Shown: piece after piece, positions 44,636 to 53,909 of the stretch | Numbering within the stretch: position 1 is the stretch's first letter | Layout: each line of letters begins with the position of its first letter | Source of the DNA: Deltaproteobacteria bacterium | Lineage (GTDB): Bacteria > Bdellovibrionota_B > Oligoflexia > Oligoflexales > Bog-1112 | Assembly (NCBI GenBank): GCA_947466225.1 | Contig: CANIBL010000003.1 | Span: forward strand, 2,574-66,573 | DNA length: 64,000 bases | Direction of reading: 5' to 3' | The notes under the pieces: generated by a model | Told to the model about the DNA's origin: nothing | Database searches by the model: none | Seen by the model: the letters and a program-made list of their open reading frames with translations, nothing else | Made by a program: the position numbers and the translations under genes

Positions 44636-44659
44636 ACGAGAGAAGAGAATAACGTACTC

Positions 44660-46333
44660 TCATCTACCATCTATTTTGCGACGGAAATACGCAACAGACA
44701 AAATGGGGCTGAGAAGAAGCAACCAAAGAAGCCCCCCCTCCTCCACTGTCTCGTGATCAAGACCCACTACACCACACCCACGCTGCACCCGCTCCGGCAA
44801 AGGTTCGTATCCGCGTACACCAGATGCGCCCTGTCCTTGCAAAAATTGGAATACATCCAACTTGCCATGGCCTAGCAAAGGACGCTTCTCCCCATCCACC
44901 TCCACCAGATAAGTATCGGCATTCAAACCATCTTCAGCTGTTGGGTCATAGAGAGAGGGATTACTGGATTGCAATAACGCGTGTCGACGTGCCTGTGCCG
45001 ACCAAGAGGGGAACAAGGCCGCATGGAGACCCAAAACACCGGAGACAAACGGCGCCGCAATCGAAGTCCCTTGCGTGAAGGTCAGCCCAGAGCCTGGAAC
45101 CAGAGATAAAATGAGCCCTTGTGCAGCCTCATCATCCCCGCCCGGCGCTGCAATATCCACCCAAGTACCAAAGTTTGCATAGACAGCCTTTTGCCCGGTG
45201 CGAGTCAGCGCCGTCACTGCCACAACTTGGGGAAAAGCGGCAGGAAACATTCGCTCTTCCGTGTCTTCATTGCCAGCCGCCGCCACAAGAAGCGTACCTT
45301 GCTCATACAGCTTGCTGATATAAAACTCGATAATACGAGACCGTTGTTTTTTGCCAAAAGAAGCATTGATCACAGAAACCATACCGGGAAATGCTTCGTT
45401 GATTTTCGAAACATAGATTAATCCTTTTAAAAAAGCCTCGTCTGTTACCTGCGCATGCACCCCCTCTCGATCCATAACCTTTACCGGCAACACGCGACAG
45501 ACAGGACAAACTCCAGATCCCCCTAACTGCACATCTCCAACCACCAATCCCGTCACATTGGTGCCATGAAAACAGTCCCCACTTGGGCCGCTTATATCCG
45601 CTGGACACGGTTCTCCATATGCAGAAGTCTGAAAGGGGAAGACATCCCCTGTCCCCAGAAACCCTGGTGCATCAGCGCCTGTATTACATCCCCACACATC
45701 ATCTTTGCAGCCAAATGCCCCCGGTGTCGGATTTTTCCAAATTTTCCCCTCCATAAGTGCAACATGTTGAATATCAACACCGCTATCGAAAACTGCTACT
45801 ACGCTCTCTTTAGAACCACTAAATTTTAATTTCAACCAGGCAAGCGCCTCTGGCAATCGAATGCTCTCTGTCCACCAATTTGACTTCTCCTGATACAATA
45901 AAGATAACCCCTTCCAATCTACAGGTTGTAAAGGTGGGGTAGAAAAGAATGCATAGGTTTCATTGGGTTCAACAAATAGTACTTCCCCCTCTTTTTCGAG
46001 AGTATGAAGAAAAGAAAAAAGATGGCCAGAGCTTTTGGCTTCTATGCAGAAAATACCCAATTTACTTGAATGGGCAGGAAAAATTCTTTGACCAGAAAAA
46101 TAGGATTGGATATGGCTAGATAAGGGAAACTCATCCAAAAGAGTCGCCGAAATACCTGTATCTAAAAGGGCTTGCGGGGGGCCTTGATTCCAGGCAACCC
46201 CAATCAGCGCACTTTTACCGGTAAAACCTGATAATGCAGGAAAAACCTCGACAACAGGAAGGCCGCACCCTAGCCAGAAGAGGCCAACAAGTGTATAAAG
46301 GAGCACCCTTACAAGTAGCGTCTGCATAACCAC
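44660..46333 (-). CDS. Subtilisin-like serine protease (peptidase S8) with a C-terminal Cys/TM/basic tail
   Basis: Catalytic triad contexts VAVFDSGVD (Asp), HGTNVTGLV (His) and GTSIAAPFVSG (Ser). N-terminal signal/lipobox-like FWLGC. The C-terminus is ...RGCGVVGLDHETVEEGGLLWLLLLSPILSVAYFRRKIDGR. Confidence 0.85.
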   Translation of the reverse strand: MVMQTLLVRVLLYTLVGLFWLGCGLPVVEVFPALSGFTGKSALIGVAWNQGPPQALLDTGISATLLDEFPLSSHIQSYFSGQRIFPAHSSKLGIFCIEAKSSGHLFSFLHTLEKEGEVLFVEPNETYAFFSTPPLQPVDWKGLSLLYQEKSNWWTESIRLPEALAWLKLKFSGSKESVVAVFDSGVDIQHVALMEGKIWKNPTPGAFGCKDDVWGCNTGADAPGFLGTGDVFPFQTSAYGEPCPADISGPSGDCFHGTNVTGLVVGDVQLGGSGVCPVCRVLPVKVMDREGVHAQVTDEAFLKGLIYVSKINEAFPGMVSVINASFGKKQRSRIIEFYISKLYEQGTLLVAAAGNEDTEERMFPAAFPQVVAVTALTRTGQKAVYANFGTWVDIAAPGGDDEAAQGLILSLVPGSGLTFTQGTSIAAPFVSGVLGLHAALFPSWSAQARRHALLQSSNPSLYDPTAEDGLNADTYLVEVDGEKRPLLGHGKLDVFQFLQGQGASGVRGYEPLPERVQRGCGVVGLDHETVEEGGLLWLLLLSPILSVAYFRRKIDGR

Positions 46334-46431
46334 CTGTCACTCGACTTGAGGTTTTCGATCTATCTACCGATGAGTACTGGACTTTCATGGTTATGACAGC
46401 TTACAGTTGGAAACAAAACTGAGACAGATCT

Positions 46432-47169
46432 ATGGCAAATAAACGACCCCATTTGGAATCTGATATCGTGACGCACGCTTCTATAAATGCCGCTTCGCAT
46501 ATCTATGTTGTTTCTGCCCCTTCAGGGACAGGCAAAACCACGCTCAATCGACGGTTGATTGCAGAGCACCCGCAAATCAAACTGTCCGTAAGCCACACCA
46601 CACGTGCCCAACGAGTAGGGGAAAGAAATGGGGATCACTATTGGTTTGTTACACCAGCCGAATTCCAAGCCCTACTCGATAAGCATGCCATGCTCGAATA
46701 TGCCAATGTACATGGGGCCTACTATGGCACCAGTCTTCCAGAAGTAGAGCGAATCCAAGGCAAGGGTTGCACGGTATTATTAGAAATTGATGTGCAAGGC
46801 TGGCTACAAGTACACAAAAAAATCCCTTCTGCCACGGCTCTGTTTATCGTGCCCCCCTCCATGCTCACACTTTGGAAACGATTGTCGGCAAGGAAAACAG
46901 ACACCCCAGAACAAACGTGGAAACGTTTCCGAAACGCACAAGCTGAAATTGCACAATGCGAGTATTTTCATCACTTTATTGTGAATGACGTGCTAGAGGC
47001 GGCCTACGAAGAACTAGAAAATCTCTTGGTAAAAAAGATCGCTCCTTTACTTTCTCCTGCACAAGGACTTGCGCATTGTAGAAAATTATTGCAAGAGTTT
47101 GATGCAGACCCTCAGATCCAGCAACTAAAGGTACAGTATGGCGCATCTTCTACCGCCCTCCCCCGCTGA
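46432..47169 (+). CDS. gmk: Guanylate kinase (with a ~40-aa C-terminal extension)
   Basis: P-loop SAPSGTGKTTL, SVSHTTR, and YYGT motifs. At 245 aa it is longer than typical Gmk. Its 3' end overlaps the rel/spoT start by 32 nt. Confidence 0.9.
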   Translation: MANKRPHLESDIVTHASINAASHIYVVSAPSGTGKTTLNRRLIAEHPQIKLSVSHTTRAQRVGERNGDHYWFVTPAEFQALLDKHAMLEYANVHGAYYGTSLPEVERIQGKGCTVLLEIDVQGWLQVHKKIPSATALFIVPPSMLTLWKRLSARKTDTPEQTWKRFRNAQAEIAQCEYFHHFIVNDVLEAAYEELENLLVKKIAPLLSPAQGLAHCRKLLQEFDADPQIQQLKVQYGASSTALPR

Positions 47170-49348
47170 GGAATTTGACAAACTGCTCACGCAAGTGAGA
47201 ACCTACCTGCCTGATCCATTGATGCTGGAGTCCATTCAAAAAGCCTATGAATTTTCAGCCGATAAGCACGCAAACCAAAAACGCGTCTCGGGAGAACCCT
47301 ACATTCTTCACCCGATTGCAGTGGCGCAAATTCTAACCGAATTTAATGTTGATGCCCCCACTCTAATTGCGGCCATCCTTCATGACATCGTAGAGGACAC
47401 CGACGTTCCTATCGAGACCATCGAAAAACTCTTTGGAAAAACGGTTGCGACACTGGTCGGGGGCCTTACAAAAATAGCCAAAATCCAGTTTAGTTCGACC
47501 CAACATCGCATGGCCGAAAATTTTCGGAAAATGGTACTGGCCATGGCCAAAGATCTGCGGGTGATCGTCATTAAGCTGGCCGATCGACTTCACAACATGC
47601 GGACATTGGGTTCTCTCGCGCCAGAAAAACGGCGACGCATTGCGGAAGAAACACTCGAGATTTATGCGCCATTGGCCAATCGATTGGGCATTTACGGATT
47701 CAAAAGCGAATTGGAAGATCTATGCCTGAAAGAAACGAAGAATCAAGCCTATCGAGAGATTTCAAAAAAGGTCGCCGCCAAAAAACAAGAACGTGAGAGA
47801 GAAATTCTCGACATCAAAACCGTTCTTCAAGGGGAGCTACAAAAATACCCCTTCGACACAGCTTCCGTATATGGTCGACCCAAGCATTTTTACTCGATTT
47901 ATAAAAAAATGGTGGACCGTGAGCTTGCCTTTGAGGACATTCACGATCTCTTTGCTTTTCGCATCATCGTAGGATCTGTAAAGGAATGTTACGAAGCCTT
48001 GGGTGTCCTTCATGCCATTTGGAAGCCCATGCCAGGTCGGTTTAAAGACTATATCGCCATGCCAAAGGCCAACTTATATCAATCGCTTCACACCACGATT
48101 GTACGCCCCAATGGTACGCCGGTAGAAATCCAGATCCGTACCCGTGAGATGCACCATGTCTGTGAGTTTGGGGTAGCCGCACATTGGAGTTATAAAGAAC
48201 GAAACGCTACGCCGCATACGACAACGGATCTCCAACGTTTTTCTTGGTTGCGCCACATGATGGAGCTGCAACACGACGTACAAGATCCCAATGAATTCCT
48301 TGCTGCAGTGAAACTCGACCTTTTTGAAGAAGAGATCTTTGTTTTCACTCCAAAGGGCGATGTAGTTCAATTGCCAACCGGCGCCACCGCGCTAGATTTT
48401 GCCTTTGCCGTGCATACCGATGTGGGGCTGCATACGGTAGCTACCAAGGTAAACGGCCGCATTTTGCCCCTACGCGGCAAACTCTCCAACGGCGATATTG
48501 TGGAGGTTCTGACTGCCACCAGCCAAGCACCAAGCAAAGACTGGCTCAATTTCGTAATTTCCTCCAAGGCGCGCAACAAAATCCGCTCCCATTTGCGAAG
48601 CGAGCAGCGAGAGAAAAGTCTTCAAATGGGGCGCGATTTGCTCCTCCATGAATTAGAGAAGCGCGGAGTGACGTATGATGCTCTCTTTCGCACCGGCCAG
48701 ATTGACAAGTTAGCAAAAGCTGCTAAAGAAAGCTCTCCTGAGGAGCTTTTCATCGCAATCGGATATGGACGCATCAGCCCCAAAGACCTTTTAGCGAAAG
48801 TACTCCCCTCTCCAGAAGAACCTTCTCGACTTCGCCTTTCTCCAAGCGATCATGCAGCGCCTACTGCTCAGCCGGTAAGGCCACCTAAAAATGCCCCATC
48901 CGGCATACTGGTTTCTGGACTGGACAATATTCTGGTTACATTTGGTCGTTGTTGCTCCCCTCTTCCTGGCGAATCCATCATCGGCTTTATCACAAGAGGT
49001 CGAGGCGTTTCTGTACATCGCAACACATGCCCACGCGCACTTGATCTCGATCCCGTGCGCCGCATCGATGTGCAATGGGCTGACCCAGCGCTATCCAAAG
49101 AAAAACACAACGCCTACCTACGTGTCGTGACGCAAGACCGCCAGGGAATTCTCGCGGAGATTACCCTTGCAATTTCTGGGTGCGGCGCTAACATCAAAAA
49201 AGCGCAAGTGCGTGTTTCTCCTAACATGATGGGGATTCTCGACTTCGAGTTGGACATTCATAATTTAGACCAACTCCACCGCGTCATCGCAAAGATCGAA
49301 GCTGTATCTAACGTGGTTTTTGTGGAGCGAAAGACGGGGGGGAGTTGA
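47138..49348 (+). CDS. spoT: Bifunctional (p)ppGpp synthetase/hydrolase (long RSH: Rel/SpoT)
   Basis: 736 aa. HD hydrolase motifs (HPIAVAQIL, HDIVEDT), synthetase motifs (FRIIV, YQSLHTT, EIQIRTREMH), a TGS region (VFTPKGDVVQLPTGATALDFAF) and a C-terminal ACT-like region. Confidence 0.93.
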   Translation: MAHLLPPSPAEEFDKLLTQVRTYLPDPLMLESIQKAYEFSADKHANQKRVSGEPYILHPIAVAQILTEFNVDAPTLIAAILHDIVEDTDVPIETIEKLFGKTVATLVGGLTKIAKIQFSSTQHRMAENFRKMVLAMAKDLRVIVIKLADRLHNMRTLGSLAPEKRRRIAEETLEIYAPLANRLGIYGFKSELEDLCLKETKNQAYREISKKVAAKKQEREREILDIKTVLQGELQKYPFDTASVYGRPKHFYSIYKKMVDRELAFEDIHDLFAFRIIVGSVKECYEALGVLHAIWKPMPGRFKDYIAMPKANLYQSLHTTIVRPNGTPVEIQIRTREMHHVCEFGVAAHWSYKERNATPHTTTDLQRFSWLRHMMELQHDVQDPNEFLAAVKLDLFEEEIFVFTPKGDVVQLPTGATALDFAFAVHTDVGLHTVATKVNGRILPLRGKLSNGDIVEVLTATSQAPSKDWLNFVISSKARNKIRSHLRSEQREKSLQMGRDLLLHELEKRGVTYDALFRTGQIDKLAKAAKESSPEELFIAIGYGRISPKDLLAKVLPSPEEPSRLRLSPSDHAAPTAQPVRPPKNAPSGILVSGLDNILVTFGRCCSPLPGESIIGFITRGRGVSVHRNTCPRALDLDPVRRIDVQWADPALSKEKHNAYLRVVTQDRQGILAEITLAISGCGANIKKAQVRVSPNMMGILDFELDIHNLDQLHRVIAKIEAVSNVVFVERKTGGS

Positions 49349-49478
49349 GTAAAGTTTTGAATTTATTTTTATAAAAAGCCCTTGAATTTATAAATTCTTC
49401 TTTCTACCACCCGCTTCTTTACAAGAAGAGAAGCATATGCGGACTTTCATATTACTTCCATTGTGAGAGATATCGTTC

Positions 49479-50568
49479 ATGATTGAATACGAAAAATTGT
49501 CCGAAGTGAACAAATTTTTCAAACAGGATTTTATTACAGCTTTTGAAAAATTTTTAGATAAGGGCTGGTACATCTTAGGGGAAGAAGTTGCGCAATTTGA
49601 GAAAGAATTTGCAGCCTATATTGGAACAAAACATTGTATTGGAGTAGCAAACGGACTCGATGCTTTAATACTACCACTTCTCGCCTGGAATTTTGAACCA
49701 GGGTCTGAAGTTATTGTCCCATCCAATACATATATTGCGACAATTTTAGCTATCATTAAAGCTGGATTAACCCCCATACTCGTTGAGCCCGACCTCCAAA
49801 CATACAATATCAATCCCTCAAAAATTGAAGAGAAAATTTCAAAAAAAACAAAAGCCATTTGTGTAGTTCATCTCTACGGAAAAGCATGCAATATGCAAAT
49901 AATCATGCAGATTGCATCCCAATATAATCTAAAGATTATAGAAGACTGTGCGCAATCACATGGCGCCGAATATCAAGAAAAAAAAAACAGGTGGGTTTGG
50001 GGATGCGGGGGCCTTTAGCTTCTATCCAACCAAGAACCTAGGGTGCTTGGGGGATGGCGGCGCCATTGTCTGCCAAGATGATCAGCTCGCCCACAAACTC
50101 AGAAGCTTACGTAACTATGGATCTACAGTCAGATATAACAACGAATATGTAGGCGTAAATTCTCGACTAGACGAAATACAAGCCACTATTTTACGTATCA
50201 AATTAAAAAAACTTACACAGTTCAATCAACATAAACGAGAGCTGGCGTCCATTTATTTAAAAGAACTACATGACCAATTTATCAAACCAATAGTAGAAAA
50301 AGACTGTTTCGACGTTTACCATATTTTCAATATTAGACACAAAAAAAGAGACTTGTTAAAAGAGCTTCTTCTAAATAACGGTGTTAAATCCGACATCCAT
50401 TACCCGACACCGCCTCACAGACAAAAAGCCATGCTGTCGCACCTTACTGGTGATTATCCAATTTCTGAGGAAATACACCAAACTACCTTAAGTTTGCCAA
50501 TTTCCATTGGACATTCCTCAGATGAAATAGGTAAAGTAATCGAAGTGCTGAATAGATTTGGAAAATAG
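49479..50568 (+). pseudogene. DegT/DnrJ/EryC1/StrS-family sugar aminotransferase (FdtB/WecE-like) interrupted by a +1 frameshift in an A10 tract
   Basis: The two track ORFs (49479-50018 and 49948-50568) are the N- and C-terminal parts of one enzyme. Frame 1 reads ...[17 protein letters not shown] and frame 2 reads ...[23 protein letters not shown] (PLP Lys). Removing one A from the run at 49978-49987 restores ...[24 protein letters not shown]. Confidence 0.8.
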
Positions 50569-50614
50569 CGCTTTATAAAAATGAGTAAAGCACATTCTAT
50601 ACGCAAGAGATTTG

Positions 50615-51616
50615 ATGAATTATTTTTGCACACTATTTGATAGTAATTATTTATCGAGAGGGCTCGCTCTATTAGAGTCCCTAGAAGAAAACTCTGATAA
50701 TTTCCATTTGTTTATTTTTGCTTTTGATTCAAATTGCCTTAAAATACTTCGATCTCTTAAAAATAAAAATATTTCGATTATTTCACTAGAAGAATTCGAA
50801 GACGAATCATTACTTCGAGTAAAGCCTACTCGCTCCAAAGCCGAATACTGCTGGACTTGCACACCGGCTATTATTTCTTATTGCATGAAAAATTTTTCGA
50901 TAAAAGAATGCACTTATGTAGATGCTGATATTTATTTCTTCTCAAACCCACAGATATTACTGGATGAAATAGCAGAAAAGCACTCCGCTCTTATTACAGA
51001 ACATCGATATACCCCTGAGTATGATCAAACCAAAACCAGCGGGAAATACTGCGTCCAGTTCATGACATTTAAGAATACTCCAGATAGCCTATCTATCTTA
51101 GAATGGTGGAAAGCAAAATGTATAGAATGGTGCTTTTCTCGTTTCGAAGATGGGAAATTTGGAGATCAAAAATATTTAGACGATTGGCCACAAAGATTCC
51201 CAACTACGCACGAACTATCCCATCTAGGAGGTGGGATGGCGCCATGGAATATTCAACAATATGATCTTTTTGTAGAAAACAATAAACTTTTCGCCAAAAA
51301 AAAAGATAATGCTTTGGCATTTCCAGTAGTTTTTTACCACTTTCATGCCGTAAGATTTTTAACCGAAAAAACCATCGACTTTGGAGAGTATAAGTTAGAG
51401 AAGGATATCCTCACAAATATATATCGCCCCTACTGCCTTCATTTAGAAAAAATACAACAAAAAATACAACCAATTGAAAACATAGACATCCACGGACAGA
51501 ATCTTTCAAAAAAAAGTTTCCCACAAAAAATTGTTTTTTTTCTTAGATCGCTTCTAGGAAAACACAGAAATATTTTTTCTCTTGAAAAAATGAGAGTAGA
51601 CAAATGGCCTATATAA
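50615..51616 (+). CDS. Putative glycosyltransferase (GT-A fold, DxD-type)
   Basis: N-terminus NYFCTLFDSNYL, DxD-like YVDADIYFF, and GDQKYLDDW resemble nucleotide-diphospho-sugar transferases. The family assignment is uncertain. Confidence 0.55.
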   Translation: MNYFCTLFDSNYLSRGLALLESLEENSDNFHLFIFAFDSNCLKILRSLKNKNISIISLEEFEDESLLRVKPTRSKAEYCWTCTPAIISYCMKNFSIKECTYVDADIYFFSNPQILLDEIAEKHSALITEHRYTPEYDQTKTSGKYCVQFMTFKNTPDSLSILEWWKAKCIEWCFSRFEDGKFGDQKYLDDWPQRFPTTHELSHLGGGMAPWNIQQYDLFVENNKLFAKKKDNALAFPVVFYHFHAVRFLTEKTIDFGEYKLEKDILTNIYRPYCLHLEKIQQKIQPIENIDIHGQNLSKKSFPQKIVFFLRSLLGKHRNIFSLEKMRVDKWPI

Positions 51617-51990
51617 TAGAATTACCACTTTATGCAGACCAACGAGGCAATTTAACTGTCATAGAGAAAATTGTCCCGTTTGACATTAAGCGAGTTTATT
51701 GGATGTACGATGTTACACAAAGCAGAGGAGGGCATCGACATAAAGAAACCGTACAGGCTCTTATTTGCTTAAAAGGAAAGTGCGAGGTGTACATTAATAA
51801 CGGGAAAAACCAAGACACTTTTACCCTTAACTCCCCCGATAAGTGCTTGATTGTAGAAGCCGCAGACTGGCACACTTTAAATCATTTTTCCTCAGATGCT
51901 ATTCTTCTTGTATTAGCATCCCATTATTTCGACAAAGAAGATTATATCCATACGGATTATACAACTCTCGACACATCAAAAGTTACTTAG
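51604..51990 (+). CDS. dTDP-4-keto-6-deoxy-hexose 3,4-ketoisomerase (FdtA/WxcM-like cupin)
   Basis: 128 aa with [21 protein letters not shown] and SRGGHRHKE motifs typical of FdtA/QdtA-type isomerases. Confidence 0.78.
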   Translation: MAYIIELPLYADQRGNLTVIEKIVPFDIKRVYWMYDVTQSRGGHRHKETVQALICLKGKCEVYINNGKNQDTFTLNSPDKCLIVEAADWHTLNHFSSDAILLVLASHYFDKEDYIHTDYTTLDTSKVT

Positions 51991-51997
51991 GATTAAA

Positions 51998-52882
51998 ATG
52001 GGCCACAATTCAGCACGCAAAGGGATTATACTAGCTGGTGGATCCGGGACCAGGCTATACCCTCTAACTCAAGCCATTAGTAAGCAGCTACTACCGATTT
52101 ATGATAAGCCGATGATTTACTACCCTCTTTCCATTCTAATGCTAGCAAAAATCCGAGACATTCTACTTATTTCAACACCACACGATTTGCCAACCTTTCA
52201 ACGGTTACTAGGAAATGGAAATCAATGGGGTATAAATATTTCCTACGCTGAACAGCCATCCCCGGATGGTCTTGCTCAAGCATTTATTATCGGAGAATCT
52301 TTTATCTCAAATGATAACTGCTGCCTCATACTTGGAGACAATATTTTCTTCGGGAATGAACTCATCGCCACATTGCAAAAAGCAAATGAAAAAAAAGAAG
52401 GCGCCACTGTATTTGGGTATTATGTACGAGATCCAAGCCGATATGGCGTTGTCGAGTTTAATGAAAATGGACAGGCTGTAAGCATTGAAGAAAAACCCCA
52501 AACCCCAAAATCAAACTATGCCGTTACAGGTCTATATTTTTACGATAATGATGTAATCGAAATAGCAAAAAAACTAGCCCCGTCTGCAAGAGGCGAACTT
52601 GAAATAACAGATGTTAATAAAGAATATCTGCTACGGGGAAAACTACAAGTTGAGGTTTTTGGCAGAGGGACAGCGTGGCTGGATACTGGAACGCATGAAT
52701 CACTTGTACAAGCCACCAATTTTGTACAAGCAGTAGAAGATCGTCAAGGACTTAAAATCGCCTGCCTTGAAGAAATTGCGTTTCGAAATGGGTATATAAC
52801 ATTGCAAGAAGTAAATACTTTAGCAAAAAAAATAGAGCATAGCGCTTATGGGCAATATTTACTTCAACTAACTTCACTCTAA
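51998..52882 (+). CDS. rmlA: Glucose-1-phosphate thymidylyltransferase
   Basis: N-terminus [17 protein letters not shown] followed by [18 protein letters not shown]. 294 aa. Confidence 0.94.
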   Translation: MGHNSARKGIILAGGSGTRLYPLTQAISKQLLPIYDKPMIYYPLSILMLAKIRDILLISTPHDLPTFQRLLGNGNQWGINISYAEQPSPDGLAQAFIIGESFISNDNCCLILGDNIFFGNELIATLQKANEKKEGATVFGYYVRDPSRYGVVEFNENGQAVSIEEKPQTPKSNYAVTGLYFYDNDVIEIAKKLAPSARGELEITDVNKEYLLRGKLQVEVFGRGTAWLDTGTHESLVQATNFVQAVEDRQGLKIACLEEIAFRNGYITLQEVNTLAKKIEHSAYGQYLLQLTSL

Positions 52883-53827
52883 ATGTTGGAAAAACAGATG
52901 AAAACAGCACCTATCATACTTTTCGTCTATAATCGACCTCTGCATACACAACAGACTATAAATGCCCTTCTTAAAAACACACTTTCTGCAGAAAGCACGC
53001 TGATTGTCTATAGCGATGGACCTAAATTACATGCAAACGATGACGTTAAAAAAGTGCGAGACTATCTAAAATCAATAAAAGGGTTTAAAGAAACAAAAAT
53101 TATTGAAAGATCTGAAAACTGGGGTTTAGCAAAAAATATCATAGAAGGCGTCACAGAAACTCTACAAGAATATGACAGAACCATTGTTCTTGAAGATGAC
53201 CTTGTAACGTCCCCATACTTTCTTACTTACATGAATCAAGCTCTTGAGCTGTATCAAGATGAATCAAAAGTCGCCAGTATTCATGGGTACATTTATCCAA
53301 CTACTGAACATTTGTCCGATACTTTTTTTCTCCTCGGCGCTGATTGTTCAGGATGGGGAACTTGGAGGAGAGCCTGGAATTTTTTTGAGCCAGATGGAAA
53401 AAAACTCCTAAAAAAATTGCGCGATCAAAATCTTTGCCACAAGTTTGACTATAATGGATCCTATCCATTTACAAAAATGCTTAAAGATTTCACAAACGGA
53501 AGAAATAATTCATGGGCAGTCCGCTGGTATGCCTCTGCATTTTTGGAAAATATGCTAACGCTTTATCCTGGAAAATCCTTGATTCAAAATATTGGAATGG
53601 ATGGATCTGGAACTCATTGCGGAGAGACCGATATTCTTGATACTGAGATATCAACCAACCCTGTTCTAATGGAAAAGTTAGATATCAAAGAAAACCCCAG
53701 AGAAAGAGTGATAATAGCCACAGCTCTAAAATCCACTAACATTCGCTTATCCAAAATGGTAGCTAAAAAACTCCTGTTTATTGCTAAAAATCTAGCGAAA
53801 AAATTTACTTTTTCTCGCGATCTTTAG
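52883..53827 (+). CDS. GT-A-fold glycosyltransferase with a GnT-I-like EDD motif
   Basis: APIILFVYNRPLHTQQTINAL at the N-terminus and IVLEDDLVTSPYFLTYM resemble the GlcNAc-transferase-I-type (GT13-like) signature. The start abuts the rmlA stop. Confidence 0.55.
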   Translation: MLEKQMKTAPIILFVYNRPLHTQQTINALLKNTLSAESTLIVYSDGPKLHANDDVKKVRDYLKSIKGFKETKIIERSENWGLAKNIIEGVTETLQEYDRTIVLEDDLVTSPYFLTYMNQALELYQDESKVASIHGYIYPTTEHLSDTFFLLGADCSGWGTWRRAWNFFEPDGKKLLKKLRDQNLCHKFDYNGSYPFTKMLKDFTNGRNNSWAVRWYASAFLENMLTLYPGKSLIQNIGMDGSGTHCGETDILDTEISTNPVLMEKLDIKENPRERVIIATALKSTNIRLSKMVAKKLLFIAKNLAKKFTFSRDL

Positions 53828-53909
53828 ATCCCATGGGGAAAAGAAGGCGCGACCCAGGAATGATCTAACTACTTCGTTATCCATTAGGTTAAGAAGTTTT
53901 TATTCTTGA

